Below, in pieces: positions 14,415-26,000 of a DNA stretch of 64,000 nt (the stretch's first letter is position 1; every line of letters starts with the position of its first letter). The stretch is from Calcarisporiella thermophila CBS 279.70 (Eukaryota; Fungi; Calcarisporiellomycota). The stretch spans positions 693,829 to 757,828 of the forward strand of contig NW_027192197.1 in assembly GCF_041956535.1 (NCBI RefSeq), in the 5' to 3' direction. A program made the translations under genes and the position numbers. The notes below the pieces were generated by a model. The model saw nothing but the letters and a program-made list of their open reading frames with translations, was not told the DNA's origin and ran no database searches.

Positions 14415-16549
14415 TTAATCCAGGAAGGACGGCTCCAAACCAAGACTTTCCACAAGCCCATCGATATCCGATTGTACCTCATTAATGCCTAACAAAATCG
14501 TATTTGAAGGACATTGGATTAACTTGCTGTCATTTGTCGCACCATCATTTCCAAGATTAAGCGCAATATTGGCGGGGGACTTGAATGGCAGATTCTGTGA
14601 GCAATCGCTGTTTTCAGATGTAGTTTTAACAGTTTCGGGTGCCTCGCCTGTCAACAAACCATCTGGTTTGACGAACTGGGCTGCGACAGACATGGGGTGA
14701 GGGAACAAAGTAACGCCCTCCCCAAGACCTGCCGTGGCGAGAGACTGGGCTGGATCAGTTATGATTGGCTGTGCAGACGTGACGGGGATCATCACAGGCA
14801 TGGCCATAGGAACGATGGCCGGATGGAACGCGATAGTCGTATTGAGGGTCAGCGAAGAGAGATTCTCAGCTGTAGGATGAGCTGAAGATGCTACAAAGTC
14901 GTTGTCTATAGGAAATTATGGGTAAGAATAAACTTAGTGGCCCGTATACTTCAACATGAAGGAAACTATCGTGCTTACTTCCAATACATGGATTTGTCGT
15001 ATGAGTGTTGGGTTTTCCGCTGTCTTCGGGAGAGCTTGTCTGTGTGCAGCTTTCTGTCGTGATTGCTGCTAGATTACTCGGTTCTTGAGTTTTGGACGAT
15101 TTGCGTGCCCTGAGTCTCGCCGCAGGGGGATATTGGGGTGAAATGTGTACGGAGGACGATGACGATGAATCACTGTCGGAGCGAATGGGGAAAGAGTGAT
15201 TCGAATTGGTCGAAGCGGCTCTTCTGGTAAAGTAAGAAAGCGACGTTGATCCTGTTAAAATTCGAGATGCATTAGTTGCAAAACCAGTTGATGGGAAGAA
15301 TATGTGAGGCACTACCATTTGTATCGGATCCGTTTGAGCTGCCCGAAGGCGTGCTGGAGAATGAAGGAACAACTCCTGGGGTCGATGAAGAAGCCGAGGG
15401 TGAGTAGGTATTAAGGGGGGACTGCTGAAGTTCGGTTGAGGGTGAGATCGAGCTTGAGCCCCTTTTAAGCATTTCCTCCATTTCCTCAGTCATCCAAGTC
15501 TTTGGACGTTTCCTGCTTGATTCCTCTCCCGAGCCCGAGTCGTCGCTCTCTCCTGAGAGTATTCTTTTGGCACCAGCAAAAGATATTTTATTCTCTCCGT
15601 TAGGTGAGAACACGGTACTTAGGAAGCTCAGGATCTTTTCGATCATCTCATGCTGTCTATGATTGCGTTCACGTAATGCTAACATTTCACTCCACAGCTG
15701 ACGGTTTTCGTTCTTAATCGACTGGAGTTCACTGCCGATCACCGACTGATGTTTGCGGATACTATTTATAGTTTCAAGAATCTCGGGCAACTCCACCTCC
15801 GACAGATCGCGACCTTCCCCTGAGTCACGGGTGCGCTTGCGTGCAACCAGGCAGAGCAGATCGGGTCGATCGCGCAAGAAATTGGGATTGCTGAACTCCC
15901 AAAGCTCGCCGGACCCGTCTGCAATAAGAACCCCCTGCTGCAAGTGGGGGATTTTGTGGAAACCATACATATTGAGTTGACGCACGAAACTTGAGAAATT
16001 TGAATGCTTGAAGAATTTTGGCAGCACCACCCGCGAAAATTCGTCAGGATTCGTAACTATTGTAATCGGCATTAGAAACGTACACGCGTGTAGGAGAAAA
16101 ATACTAGGATGAATTACCATAAAATGTGGCACCATCCTCTGACCATCGGATGAGGCTGTCTGTAGTTTTATCGTTAACCATGCTATGATTTACAGGAAAG
16201 AGTCTGTTATCTGGCGCCGTAGCAACAGAATCTGAAGAGAAAACACTACTCACTTGTACAGCTTATTCAGAAACGCGGGAACAGCTCGATTGATGACTGG
16301 GCGCATGGGTCCTGAGATTTGGCTGGGCGCAGTGAGGAATGGTACGCTATCTACTAAGGAAATGTCGCTATTATTCCCTGGCGATAGTGTTGGACTTTTT
16401 AAAGCGGACAAGTTGGAGGAGGTGCCGCTCTGTAAAACTGTAGGGGAGGTGGAGACACCATCCAAGATAGCCGGAGCAGCCGTGTTCACAGAACGCTTTC
16501 TTCTGGCGGCTCCTCGCGAAAAAGGCTGCCTAGCAGAATTCTTCTCCAT
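14415..16549 (-). CDS. HSF1: Heat shock transcription factor; C-terminal frame ambiguous (see findings)
   Basis: VPAFLNKLY, FIVTNPDEFSRVVLPKFFKHSNFSSFVRQLNMYGFHK, WEFSNPNF and HR-A/B coil; the spliced frame stops at 14755 while a +1 frame runs to 14415. Confidence 0.88.
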
Positions 16550-18027
16550 GCTTCTATGGTTGCAAAGTTCTAAGGAATTTATTAATGATAGACACGTAAT
16601 GAACAGAGCCACGTTCGTTCTAAAAATACATCCTCCACTCTACTCTGAAGCGTATGTAGGTAAATGCTTACATGGCTGTTGATACGGAATGCCAAATCGA
16701 GTGGAAAAAAAAAACACTTGATCAGAAGCGAAATTTTCTGATCAGCGTGTTGTTGCCTCAACGAAGTAAATCACTAATCTTAGAAAGATGTATCTTTCGG
16801 ATGGCTGATTTTTTGATGGAATATGAAGTATCGAAGACGAAAATATAATGGGAATGAAAGCTATAATCCAATAATATATTGCTTTGCACCAGTGAATTAA
16901 ACACCACGATTTTAAAGCGAAAAAGTAAAAGTCAAATAATAAAGTTATAGTAGAAGATACATTATTGTTTTAGCACTTTACAGATAACTTTCAAGTATAT
17001 CGTGTGGTAAATCAAGAAACCCTCTTCGAATTAATTAGTAAAGACGAGAGGTTTTAGACAAAAAAGATGGATATTTTAAAAATCGCATTTTTTTAAAAAA
17101 AAAATGCGCAATTTTTTTTTGGGTGAGGTGAGAGGCGCAGCAAAAATGCGATATTTTGAAAATAATTTCCCATGAACCAAGGGGGGGTATTTGTAGCAAG
17201 ATCGAAGATTTACGATTCGATGTATTGGGCAGATTTTTTATGATTATACCGTATCTCATAATAAACTGTTGCAATTTTTTAATATTTACTATTCTCACAT
17301 TTCAATTATTTTGCCCCTGTTATTTTCACGTTTGACATTTCGTATAAGTTGGTGTAATTAATCGCTAATTGTTAGCGGTAATCATTTCCAATAGTTTGTT
17401 CCCAAAGCATCCGCCTGCTCTTTGCTGTGGCATTTGATAGTCTACCCACAGTCCCAAAATATTCCACTTGCTTTGCTACCACAATTGCTAATCTCTGTGC
17501 AAGTGCAGTTTTTAGCGTACATGCGCTTTGACTTTGCTCCATTACTCATTATCAATAATTCCGCAATAAAGTTGCCCATTGTGTTTCCAGAGCTCTTTGC
17601 ACTTCGATCATATGAATAAATACCTTCATTCAGGCCCTTAAAGCAAAATTATTTCAAATCGACGCCGAATTTTATCTTAATCTTTCATAATCGATCGTAC
17701 AATAAGTGGCGTTCTCGCCTTCAAAATTCAAATCTCTGCTACATCCATACTATATTCTTGGTGGGCATCAAACAATGGGTGCAAACCACAAGTCTTGAGC
17801 GTAAGCTCATATATAATCTGCGACTATCACCAGGGACGATTTTAACGGCTTAGAAAGGTGGATAAATTGGCTGGTTTTAAAACTGAATCGTGTATGATTT
17901 AAATATATATGCAGTTAGATCAGAAATGACTGCGGCAGCTCTTTTATCACAGCGAAGATACGAAATTGACATCTTCGACAGTTAGATAATATATAGAGCA
18001 GCATAACTACCTTCTGGCGCTCACAAA

Positions 18028-19081
18028 ATGAGTGATTATGCGGACGCGCCGGCGGGATTGAATCGTAATGGGCTGATGATGCATGACATCAATGCCTCTG
18101 AATACGAATTCCCGTTAAGTAGGCTTCGAAAGACGATGCTTGGTACGGAAAAGAAAAATTAGCGATGTTGCTTTTCTTACCTAATTCTAAAAAAAAAATA
18201 CATCTGCAGATGACAAGAAGATGCCACTCGTAATCGTTGCATGTGGCTCTTTTTCCCCAATAACCTATCTCCATTTGCGCATGTTCGGTAAAACTTCCTT
18301 CGTAGAATTCAGTGTCAACTTACTAATGTCTAGAATATAGAAATGGCCAAGGATTATATTGACGAGAGAGGCGAATTTGAAATTGTGGGGGGATATTACT
18401 CCCCAGTGTCTGATGCCTACAAGAAGGAGGGGCTTGCTCCAGCGCATCATCGTGTCAACATGTGTGAGCTCGCTATTGCACAGACATCCGATTGGCTGAT
18501 GGTTGACTCTTGGGAGGCACGGAGGGAGGACTACCAGCGGACGGCCGTGGTGCTGGATCATTTTAACGAGGAGCTGAATGTTAAAGGCGGAGGTGTTTTG
18601 ACAAGTAGCGGTACGCACTTATATCTAACTAAAAATGGTTCTATACATGGTTAATTTTCGTCTCGAACTTTAGGGGAGAGGAGATCAATCAAAATCATGC
18701 TTCTTGCAGGTGGCGATCTTATAGAGTCTTTTGCTCACCCTGATGTGTGGGCCCCCGATGATGTAAGCAGCGAGCTTTTCCTCTTCATTCTATGGATTAG
18801 AGGGCACTGACTGCGATTGTAATGTGTAGCTGCATCATATTCTTTGTGACTATGGGTGTCTCATTGTAGAGCGCACTGGCACGGATGTCTGGGGCTTCCT
18901 GTTATCCCACGATATTCTGTATGAGCATCGGCGAAATGTCTTCGTGATCAAGCAGCTGATTTATAACGATATCAGTTCCACTAGAGTGAGGCTGTTTGTA
19001 AAACGAGGCATGTCGATCCGCTACCTACTTCCCAACTCCGTCATCGAGTACATCCGAGAAAATAAACTATATCTCACATAG
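18028..19081 (+). CDS. NMA1: Nicotinamide/nicotinate mononucleotide adenylyltransferase
   Basis: ACGSFSPITYLHLRMFEMA, GYYSPVSDAYKK.GL, WLMVDSWEA, LAGGDLIESF and NDISSTRVRLF..RGMSIRYLLP. Confidence 0.95.
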
Positions 19082-19280
19082 AGTTTCCTCCATGTTTATA
19101 TTGCTTAGGGAAAGAGCTTGTTTTATTTTCACTTATTTATCATTATTTGTACGAATATAAATATGCTGTATATCTCCGAGGTGCAACATTAGACGAGGGG
19201 ATCAGGTATTTATACATTAGCGATAGAAAATGGCTACAAAAATACAGGTTATATAGCTGGAAAGGAAAAACAAGGTCAAA

Positions 19281-21490
19281 TCATATCTCAATGACCTCTC
19301 CAAAACAACTTGAGCATTTGGGTACCTCCTCCAAAAAATACAGTGCACTGATAGGATTTCTCAGCAGTGAATCATCGGGGGTTTTCTTCTTCATTTGGGA
19401 AACGTGGGACGGGGTAGGAGGCAAAGTCAGGGTGGTGGCTGCGGAAGAGGAGTGTCCCGTCGAGGCTGAAGAGGCGCGGCGAAAATGTTGCTGGCTATAT
19501 TGCGGCGATGTGGCGGACGTCGAGGGCTGCATGCTAAACATCCTATGATGGCTTGATTGGCTATACGGGATCGCAGGCATGGAATAGCGGGACTTTCCAG
19601 TGTAGCTACTATAGCGTGCTATTGAAAGGGTTAAATTAGAGTTTGTAAAGCTTGGTTACTATGATGCGAGAAAAAAATAGATGAAATACATGAGACACCG
19701 GAGATCAAACCGCCTGTTCCGAGTGCCCTCTTTCCAGTCCCATTTAGTTCCACAGCTTCATAGGCACGCATCTCTGACAGCTGTCTCGAAAGCTCGCGAT
19801 TCTGCCATTTTAGTGCTCGAATTTCATCCTGCAGCGCCTCAGTGGGAGCCTGTAGTGCGTCAGCATCTTGAGAGAGCTCTACCTGGCTGCTTCTGTCAGA
19901 TTGAGCAGGATTTAGGTTTTTTCCATCAGATCGTGGGTCGGGTATCATCTTCTCACTGTGAACAATCGGAAGCAGGATTCCAGGCGGGTTTGAATGTGCC
20001 TCCTTAGGCATAATCGGCAGCAGAATTCCCTGTTCTTCGGCGGAAACGACATCGCCAGTCTTATTTGATTCTAATTGCTCGGTTAGAATACTGACCTCTC
20101 CCTCCAGTCGCTTAATGGCCTCTATTCCTTCTGTTCTTACTTCCTCCATCTTTAGCTTTAATTCTTCCATCTCTCTCAGCACCTCGTCCCTTTCGCTTTC
20201 CATAACATCTGCTCTATTTTCGGCTTCTGTCACGCGCATTGAGAGTTTAGCTACGCTCACCTCCGCGATATCCAGGTTCGATTGTAGTGAATCCCGCTCG
20301 GATAAAAGCTCAGCTACAAGATTCTCCTTCTTTGCCAGCGCGGCCATCGTCTCTTGGATTCGGACACTCAGCGCGACGTTTTCTTCGCGAAGAGCATCCG
20401 TCGCGGTGCGTAGAGAGTGGAGGTGCTCATTTTCGGAGGTTGCTTCGGAGAGCTTGGACTCGCAAATGGAAAGTGTTTGCTGGAGAGAGCTCAGGGCGCT
20501 CTCCTGATTTGCGAGATCTTGTTGTGTTTTGTGTAATTGGTCGCGCAAAGAATTCACCTCCTCCTCCTTACTCTCCACTAGAGTTTTCATACATTGTACA
20601 TTTTCTGCCATTGCTCTATTCTCGGCACGACTCTGGTTGATTGTCTCCTCCTGTTCTTTCACCTGCGCCACCAGCTTGTTCCTTTGATTCTCGAGAGTGT
20701 GCAACGACGCCTCTCTTTCTTGTGACAATTTGAGTTGATCGCGTAAAGAGAGCAGCTCGGCCTCCAGTTTGTTGGAAAGCTCCTCGCCATCTTTTAGCCG
20801 CCTTTCTAATGTTAGCTTCTTAGCTCTAAGTTGTCCAATGGTCGCCTCACGAGCCTTCAAATTTTCTTCTAAGAGTTTCAATCTCGCTTTAATGTCCAGT
20901 GGAGCTTCTTCCTCCTAACACAATAACACATTTCATATTATAAAGCTTGCAATACGTTCAAATAAACGCAAAAACTTACCGTATTTGACTGCACGGATTT
21001 ATCCCTTGCGTCGATTTCTTCTATTGCTAATGCATTTACTGCCTCAGTTTCATGAGGATATTGATTTGCGTGTGAGCTATTTTTTTCATCCTCGTTGAAT
21101 TCTATACTCGATTTAGTTAGATGCATCTAGGACACACTATTATCCATGGGTGTTTCCATTACCAGTTGTGGTCGATGGTGATTTGCCGTTAGTAAATGAG
21201 GGTAGCATTAGGAGTTGAGGAGATTTTTCGAGAGAGCTCCGGGGAGAATTGGGCTTGTCCGCCACCGTTGTTCGGGGATCTACTGTGCTTACACTGGAGA
21301 CCGATGCCAAGCTTGGGGATCGAGAGCGAGGCTCGTCTTTCTTTTTTTGAAACTTCTTGAGCTAGGGGTAAGGGGTTAAACGTGAGAATATCTATAGGAA
21401 TAGCGTAATTTCATTTAAAAGGAAAACCTTTTTACGCGCCGCTAAAACCTTTTCCGCCCTAGCAGCATCACTATTTTGTTGAGGCTCCAT
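19281..21490 (-). CDS. GM130/Bug1-like golgin (long coiled coil)
   Basis: Spliced N-terminus KVLAARKKLKKFQKKK, long coiled coil and C-terminus PKCSSCFGEVIEI*. Confidence 0.7.
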
Positions 21491-21793
21491 CACTCCACAA
21501 AGATTTTACCGATTTCTCTGTATAGGTCTATATCAATTATCCAAAAAAAAACCTCCGTTTTATATCGGTGTGGTGTTCGCTGAAATTTGGAATCAAACTA
21601 ATGAGTGGCTTTGAATAATCTTATACCATCGTTCGGTTTTTTCATTCTCCTCACTCCCTCTTCGATCCATTGTCCATTCCCCCCCCCCCCTAAAATAAAA
21701 AGTGAGAACAGCCGCGGAAATTGGATCTACATATCATCAGTCTTTTTTCATCTTATCCTGAATTCTCTTTTTCCTTATCTCTAATCAGCCAAG

Positions 21794-23719
21794 ATGAGCT
21801 CAAGTTTCATAGGCTCTAAAATCAGTCTTGTTTCCAATTCATTAATCCGATATGTTGGCATTTTGCACGCGATTGACCCGGAAAAATCCACTGTCTCCTT
21901 AGCCCAAGGTGAGATCTTCTCTCCTGATTGTATTCCCTCTTAAAATGGTTTAAAATTATTGGAGAGGATTATTGCCATGATCTATTGCCATTTTTATTGC
22001 TTCCCCTCCCAACGCGTTATGACGCGTATTAGGATGCTGGTTTTTAGCGTTCTATACGGCGGTCATCCTTTTGTATGGATTGATGGATGGATGGATGGAT
22101 GCGCATTTATATTCTTCTCTTATCTGCTGATGATGGAATGATGTCCATGATGACCATGCTGAAAATTTAGTGGCCATGATGACGAATCCTCTTCGTTATT
22201 CTAGAATTTTTTTAAACCTCTTTATTGATCGTGTACAAGTCATGTCCTAACCACTTATCCCTATTTTTAGTCCGCTCATTCGGTACCGAGGGTCGAAAGG
22301 GAAATCCGGCAGAAGAGATCCCGCCTTCTGATAATGTCTTCGAATATATTGTGTTTCGAGGCGCCGATGTAAAAGATCTTCAAGTTTTTGAGTCACCAGC
22401 TGCCCCGCAACCACAGCAACCCCAAGTCCCAAATGATCCGGCCATTGTTGGGGTAAGATCTAGTGGTATCACGGTATCTTGAATTCATCCATGTTTATGC
22501 ATACGTACTTTTATTAGACAACAGCACCAACTTCAGCACAACCAGGCTTACAAGGGGGCTATCAACAGCATCCACCTATGATGGGTAACATCCCTCCATC
22601 ACAGCCTTATGCACCTAACCCCTACATGGCGAATGCCCCCGGATGGCAGCAGCAGCAGCCACAAGCTTACTGGCAGCAGCCGCAGCATGCACAGCAATTC
22701 GGGGGCCCCGCGGTTGACGCGACTACACAACAGGTAATTATCAAGGGCGGTGTTTGTTCCGTTATGGAGCCCTATTTCTACGAGATGATGAATACTTTGG
22801 ATGTATTACTCCTTGTCCTAATGATATATGAGGATAATATCTTCTACTGCCTTCCTACTGACCGTTTTGGATACTTGTTTCCATTTCTCTGAGTTGATGG
22901 TCACTGACCTCTCCTTGTTCTCACGCTTACATAGAACGTCAATGCGGCTGATGCGGACGAGGCAAGAAAATCGCAGGCGCCAACCGCAGAGTCGGTAGAA
23001 CAGCTGGCGAAAAAGATTAGCGGAATCAATATGGGGAAGGAAAACAAAGGTGATTTAAGCAAATCTTCTAAAATGGTTCTTTCCTTGAGAATTTATGACC
23101 CTTTTTCCACCCAATAGACCAAGGCATCCGCATGCAAAATCAGAATGAAACCCGCAACCAGCAGTATCAGCCCTCGCATCATCGACGCGGCGGACGTGGG
23201 GGCCAGCGTCGCTATGCTCCACGACCCGTGAATGTTCCCACGTCAGACTTCGACTTTGAGTCTGCCAATGCCAAATTTGACAAGAGCGAGATTGTTCGCA
23301 AGGCTACGACGGAGACGGGGGGCCATGTTGCGGAGGAGGATGGGGCTGGCGGCCAAAGTAACGACGTAGTGGAGATCCCGTCGGAGCCCTTCTATGACAA
23401 GAAGAAGTCGTTCTTCGACAACATCTCTTGCGAATCGAAGGAAACAACACGCTCCTCGCAAGATCGCAGACAGCGGGCCAATGAGGAGCGACGACTGAAC
23501 ATGGAGACGTTTGGGCAGGCAGATGCCGGCCGCCGTGGTGGTTATCGTCGCGGCGGTGGAGGTCGAGGCGGGTATCATCGAGGCGGGTATCAGCGTGGTG
23601 GCTATCACCACCGGGGGGGTTATCGATCACTTCCATCAGCAGCAGCAGCAGCAGCATCAGGGAGGAGCGCATCGACAGAACGGTGGAGGGCAGCAGATTG
23701 CCAACGGAGTGGATGGTAA
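21794..23719 (+). CDS. SCD6: Scd6/LSM14 (RAP55) P-body protein; last ~30 codons may be read in a different frame
   Basis: Lsm domain [20 protein letters not shown]...VRSFGTEGR...[14 protein letters not shown]; FDF box ([13 protein letters not shown]); FFD box; [10 protein letters not shown]; RGG repeats. Confidence 0.95.
22781..22866 (+). ncRNA. Intronic box C/D snoRNA, predicted guide for 18S rRNA Am420 (yeast numbering; snR52-like target)
   Basis: Box C ATGATGA 22785-22791, D' ATGA 22821-22824, C' ATGAGGA 22828-22834, D CTGA 22858-22861. CTGCCTTCCT before box D is complementary to 18S AGGAAGGCAG and the fifth nucleotide pairs with A420. It lies in an unusually long (~200 nt) intron. Confidence 0.8.
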
Positions 23720-24292
23720 CTAGAGAGGGCCTTATGCGATGAGCATACTTGTGGATATTTTTCATAATTTCTGTGGATATTTCTTCTTCATTTTTTTTTT
23801 TTTGACTGGATTTGTTTAAAGCTGCCAAAGTTTCAGGGTAAAGAAAAAAAGGAATCTATTCTCTCACCCCCTACTTACTCTTTTTTTTGCATTGGAGAGC
23901 GTGTTGGCTTTCTTTTCTTGCTTTCTCGTTAGCGCTTTTTATATATATTTCTTTTTTCACTTTTCCTCATTTCTGTGAATTTTTAAGGTGTCTTTTTGGT
24001 CTTTTTGTTCGATATGTTTTAGTAAATCAATGACTCGTTACTACCTATCATCCCTTTCCCTTCATCCCTTTCCCTTCATTCCTTTCCCATAGTGCCACTT
24101 GCTCACTAAAAGCTGCAGGCGTTATCGCCCACCTGCTTTTGAAGACCACGATCACCCAGTCCTCAAGTCTCACATCCTTTTCCGCTTCGAACTCCGAAAT
24201 CGCGAACCATCTCGAGGACTGTTCTCTCGGTTTCGTGTCATTCTCACGGCATTTTCTCTCGACGTCCCAGAACATCTAACCTGTTCACAGAA

Positions 24293-24980
24293 ATGAGCGC
24301 CAAGGTTTGCATAGCAACATCGTAGCCAAAGGGACTTCCTGTTTGCTCACCTATTTTTATGGTGCTAGGATCTGATAGCCAACATCAAGTCTCAGCTCAC
24401 TCCTCAGCCCCCCCATTTTCTCACCCAAGTTGAGGCTGCCTCCTTGCCCTCTGCGTCCCTATGGAAAGTGGTAGTTAATCAGCGGGCCATCCTCGCTTCC
24501 GATCACATCTCTTTCCTGACCCTCGCAAAGCGGTTTCCGGCGGCGTCCGACTTCTTTGAATTCCTTGCTGCGGGAGAACTCCATGCCATGCAGCTTCTTG
24601 AAAGATTTGCGACACAGCTGGGCGAAGAGCCCGCGAATTTGGAACCGCATCCACTTGCTCAATGCTACCCACACTATCTCTCGTGGCTCGCCGCCCAGGG
24701 CACTCTTGTCGACGTCTTGGTCGCGATGGTCACGAATCTCGAGGAATGGGGCCTCTACTGCAGACGGCTCGCAGCTGCACTCCGAGACGGATACCGGCTG
24801 GAGGATGTGGAGTTCTTTGCCTTCTTCGGGGCGGACTCGGGGTTGGAGGAGAAGGTGTTGCCATTGTTAGAGGAGGAGCTCCGGAAGCAGAGTGGCGCCC
24901 AAGTGGCGACGTCGGCCACCCAAGCCGCCAAATTTTTGCACCGCTACGAGGGGCTTTTCTGGGAGAGCTTGCTCACTTAG
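24293..24980 (+). CDS. TenA/THI-4/PqqC-superfamily protein of prokaryotic type (207 aa, one intron 24305-24368)
   Basis: NQRAILASDHISF..LA.RFP, FF..LAAGE, EPHPLAQCYPHYLSWLA..G, NLEEWG.YC.RLA.ALR.GY, FFAFF and AKFLHRYEGLFWESL match the actinobacterial/archaeal TenA-like pattern. Confidence 0.8.
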
Positions 24981-25163
24981 GCCGAGCTCAAGTCTGATAT
25001 CCAAGCGTATATACGTCGATCCAAGGCGATCCATTTATGATACTTTATTACATGTCTCAACCGAGGATAGTCGTTTTGACCCATGAATATATATAAAGAT
25101 ACATATACATATAATGAATGTGTGTGTCAGCAGAGTCATGGCTAAGGTGCAGATTGAATGGCA

Positions 25164-25719
25164 TCAACGCACGGAAATGTCTCCCCCGCCTCCCACCTTT
25201 TGGGAGGGGGAAGGGGGATTCTCGCAAGGAAACACATACTTGCTATATTCGTGAGGTGGGTTGGTACGTGCCTGAAGGGCGGCTTCTGTAGCAAAAGTGA
25301 CGGCTGGCATCGTGGCGGCTTCCGTGGTGGAGGTCTTGAATAGCTTAAATTTGGGGGGGACGGGCGAGGAGTCCGGTGCTTGAGATGGGGTGGTGGCGGC
25401 CGACTCGTTGGAAGCAGATACGACGTGGGGAGGGCTGGCCACGCCCAGCTCTTGGGCCGGAAAAGGGGAAGGCTGAGAATCATGCTGCAATTGCAGCTGA
25501 GCCAACTACATCCACCCATACTTTGTGAGTCAATACCAATGGACAGAAGTGGCTCCGATGCATACCTCCTCTGTCGTCAGAATGGGGCAGTACTCCAGGT
25601 CATCATCGAATCCAAACGCGGCCTCCTGTCGACTCGAGAAGAACTCGAGATAGGTATCTGGCGTAGGTCAGCACGCGTGTGGGGTTAAGGAGAGGATGGG
25701 GGCGGAGGTTACCTTGCAT
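25164..25719 (-). CDS. Small three-exon hypothetical protein (146 aa) with acidic FDDDLEYCP motif
   Basis: Introns 25658-25712 and 25506-25565 have canonical sites and give MQDTYLEFFSSRQEAAFGFDDDLEYCPILTTEELAQLQ..., followed by a P/S-rich tail. Confidence 0.6.
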
Positions 25720-26000
25720 TAATTCCGTCAATTCATTGTAGTAGCGTGACATTGCGAGTATCCCAAAATCAATTAAACCAAATCACAGACGATCAGAGGG
25801 TTTGAAGGCATATGACAGAAAGAAACGGTCCAAACAGACAGACGGCCTTATGGTTTTCCACACAGAAAAAATATAGGAGTTGGAACCTTGTGAGCGGGGG
25901 AGAGAATATAGAAAGAATAAAAAACTTTATTTCAAAATAGAGCCGTTACATCACGTAAAAATGGTGGCCTTGAATCAATTAAGGAGCCCCTATCACGGGA

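Noticed and set aside
17926-18030. Stop-codon readthrough extension of NMNAT from the in-frame upstream ATG
   Set aside because: Two in-frame stops (TAG, TAA) intervene; treated as a uORF instead
24240-24370. Possible TPP riboswitch in the leader or intron of the TenA-like gene
   Set aside because: No CTGAGA / ATACC / GAACTTGAT-type aptamer core visible, and the intron is only 64 nt
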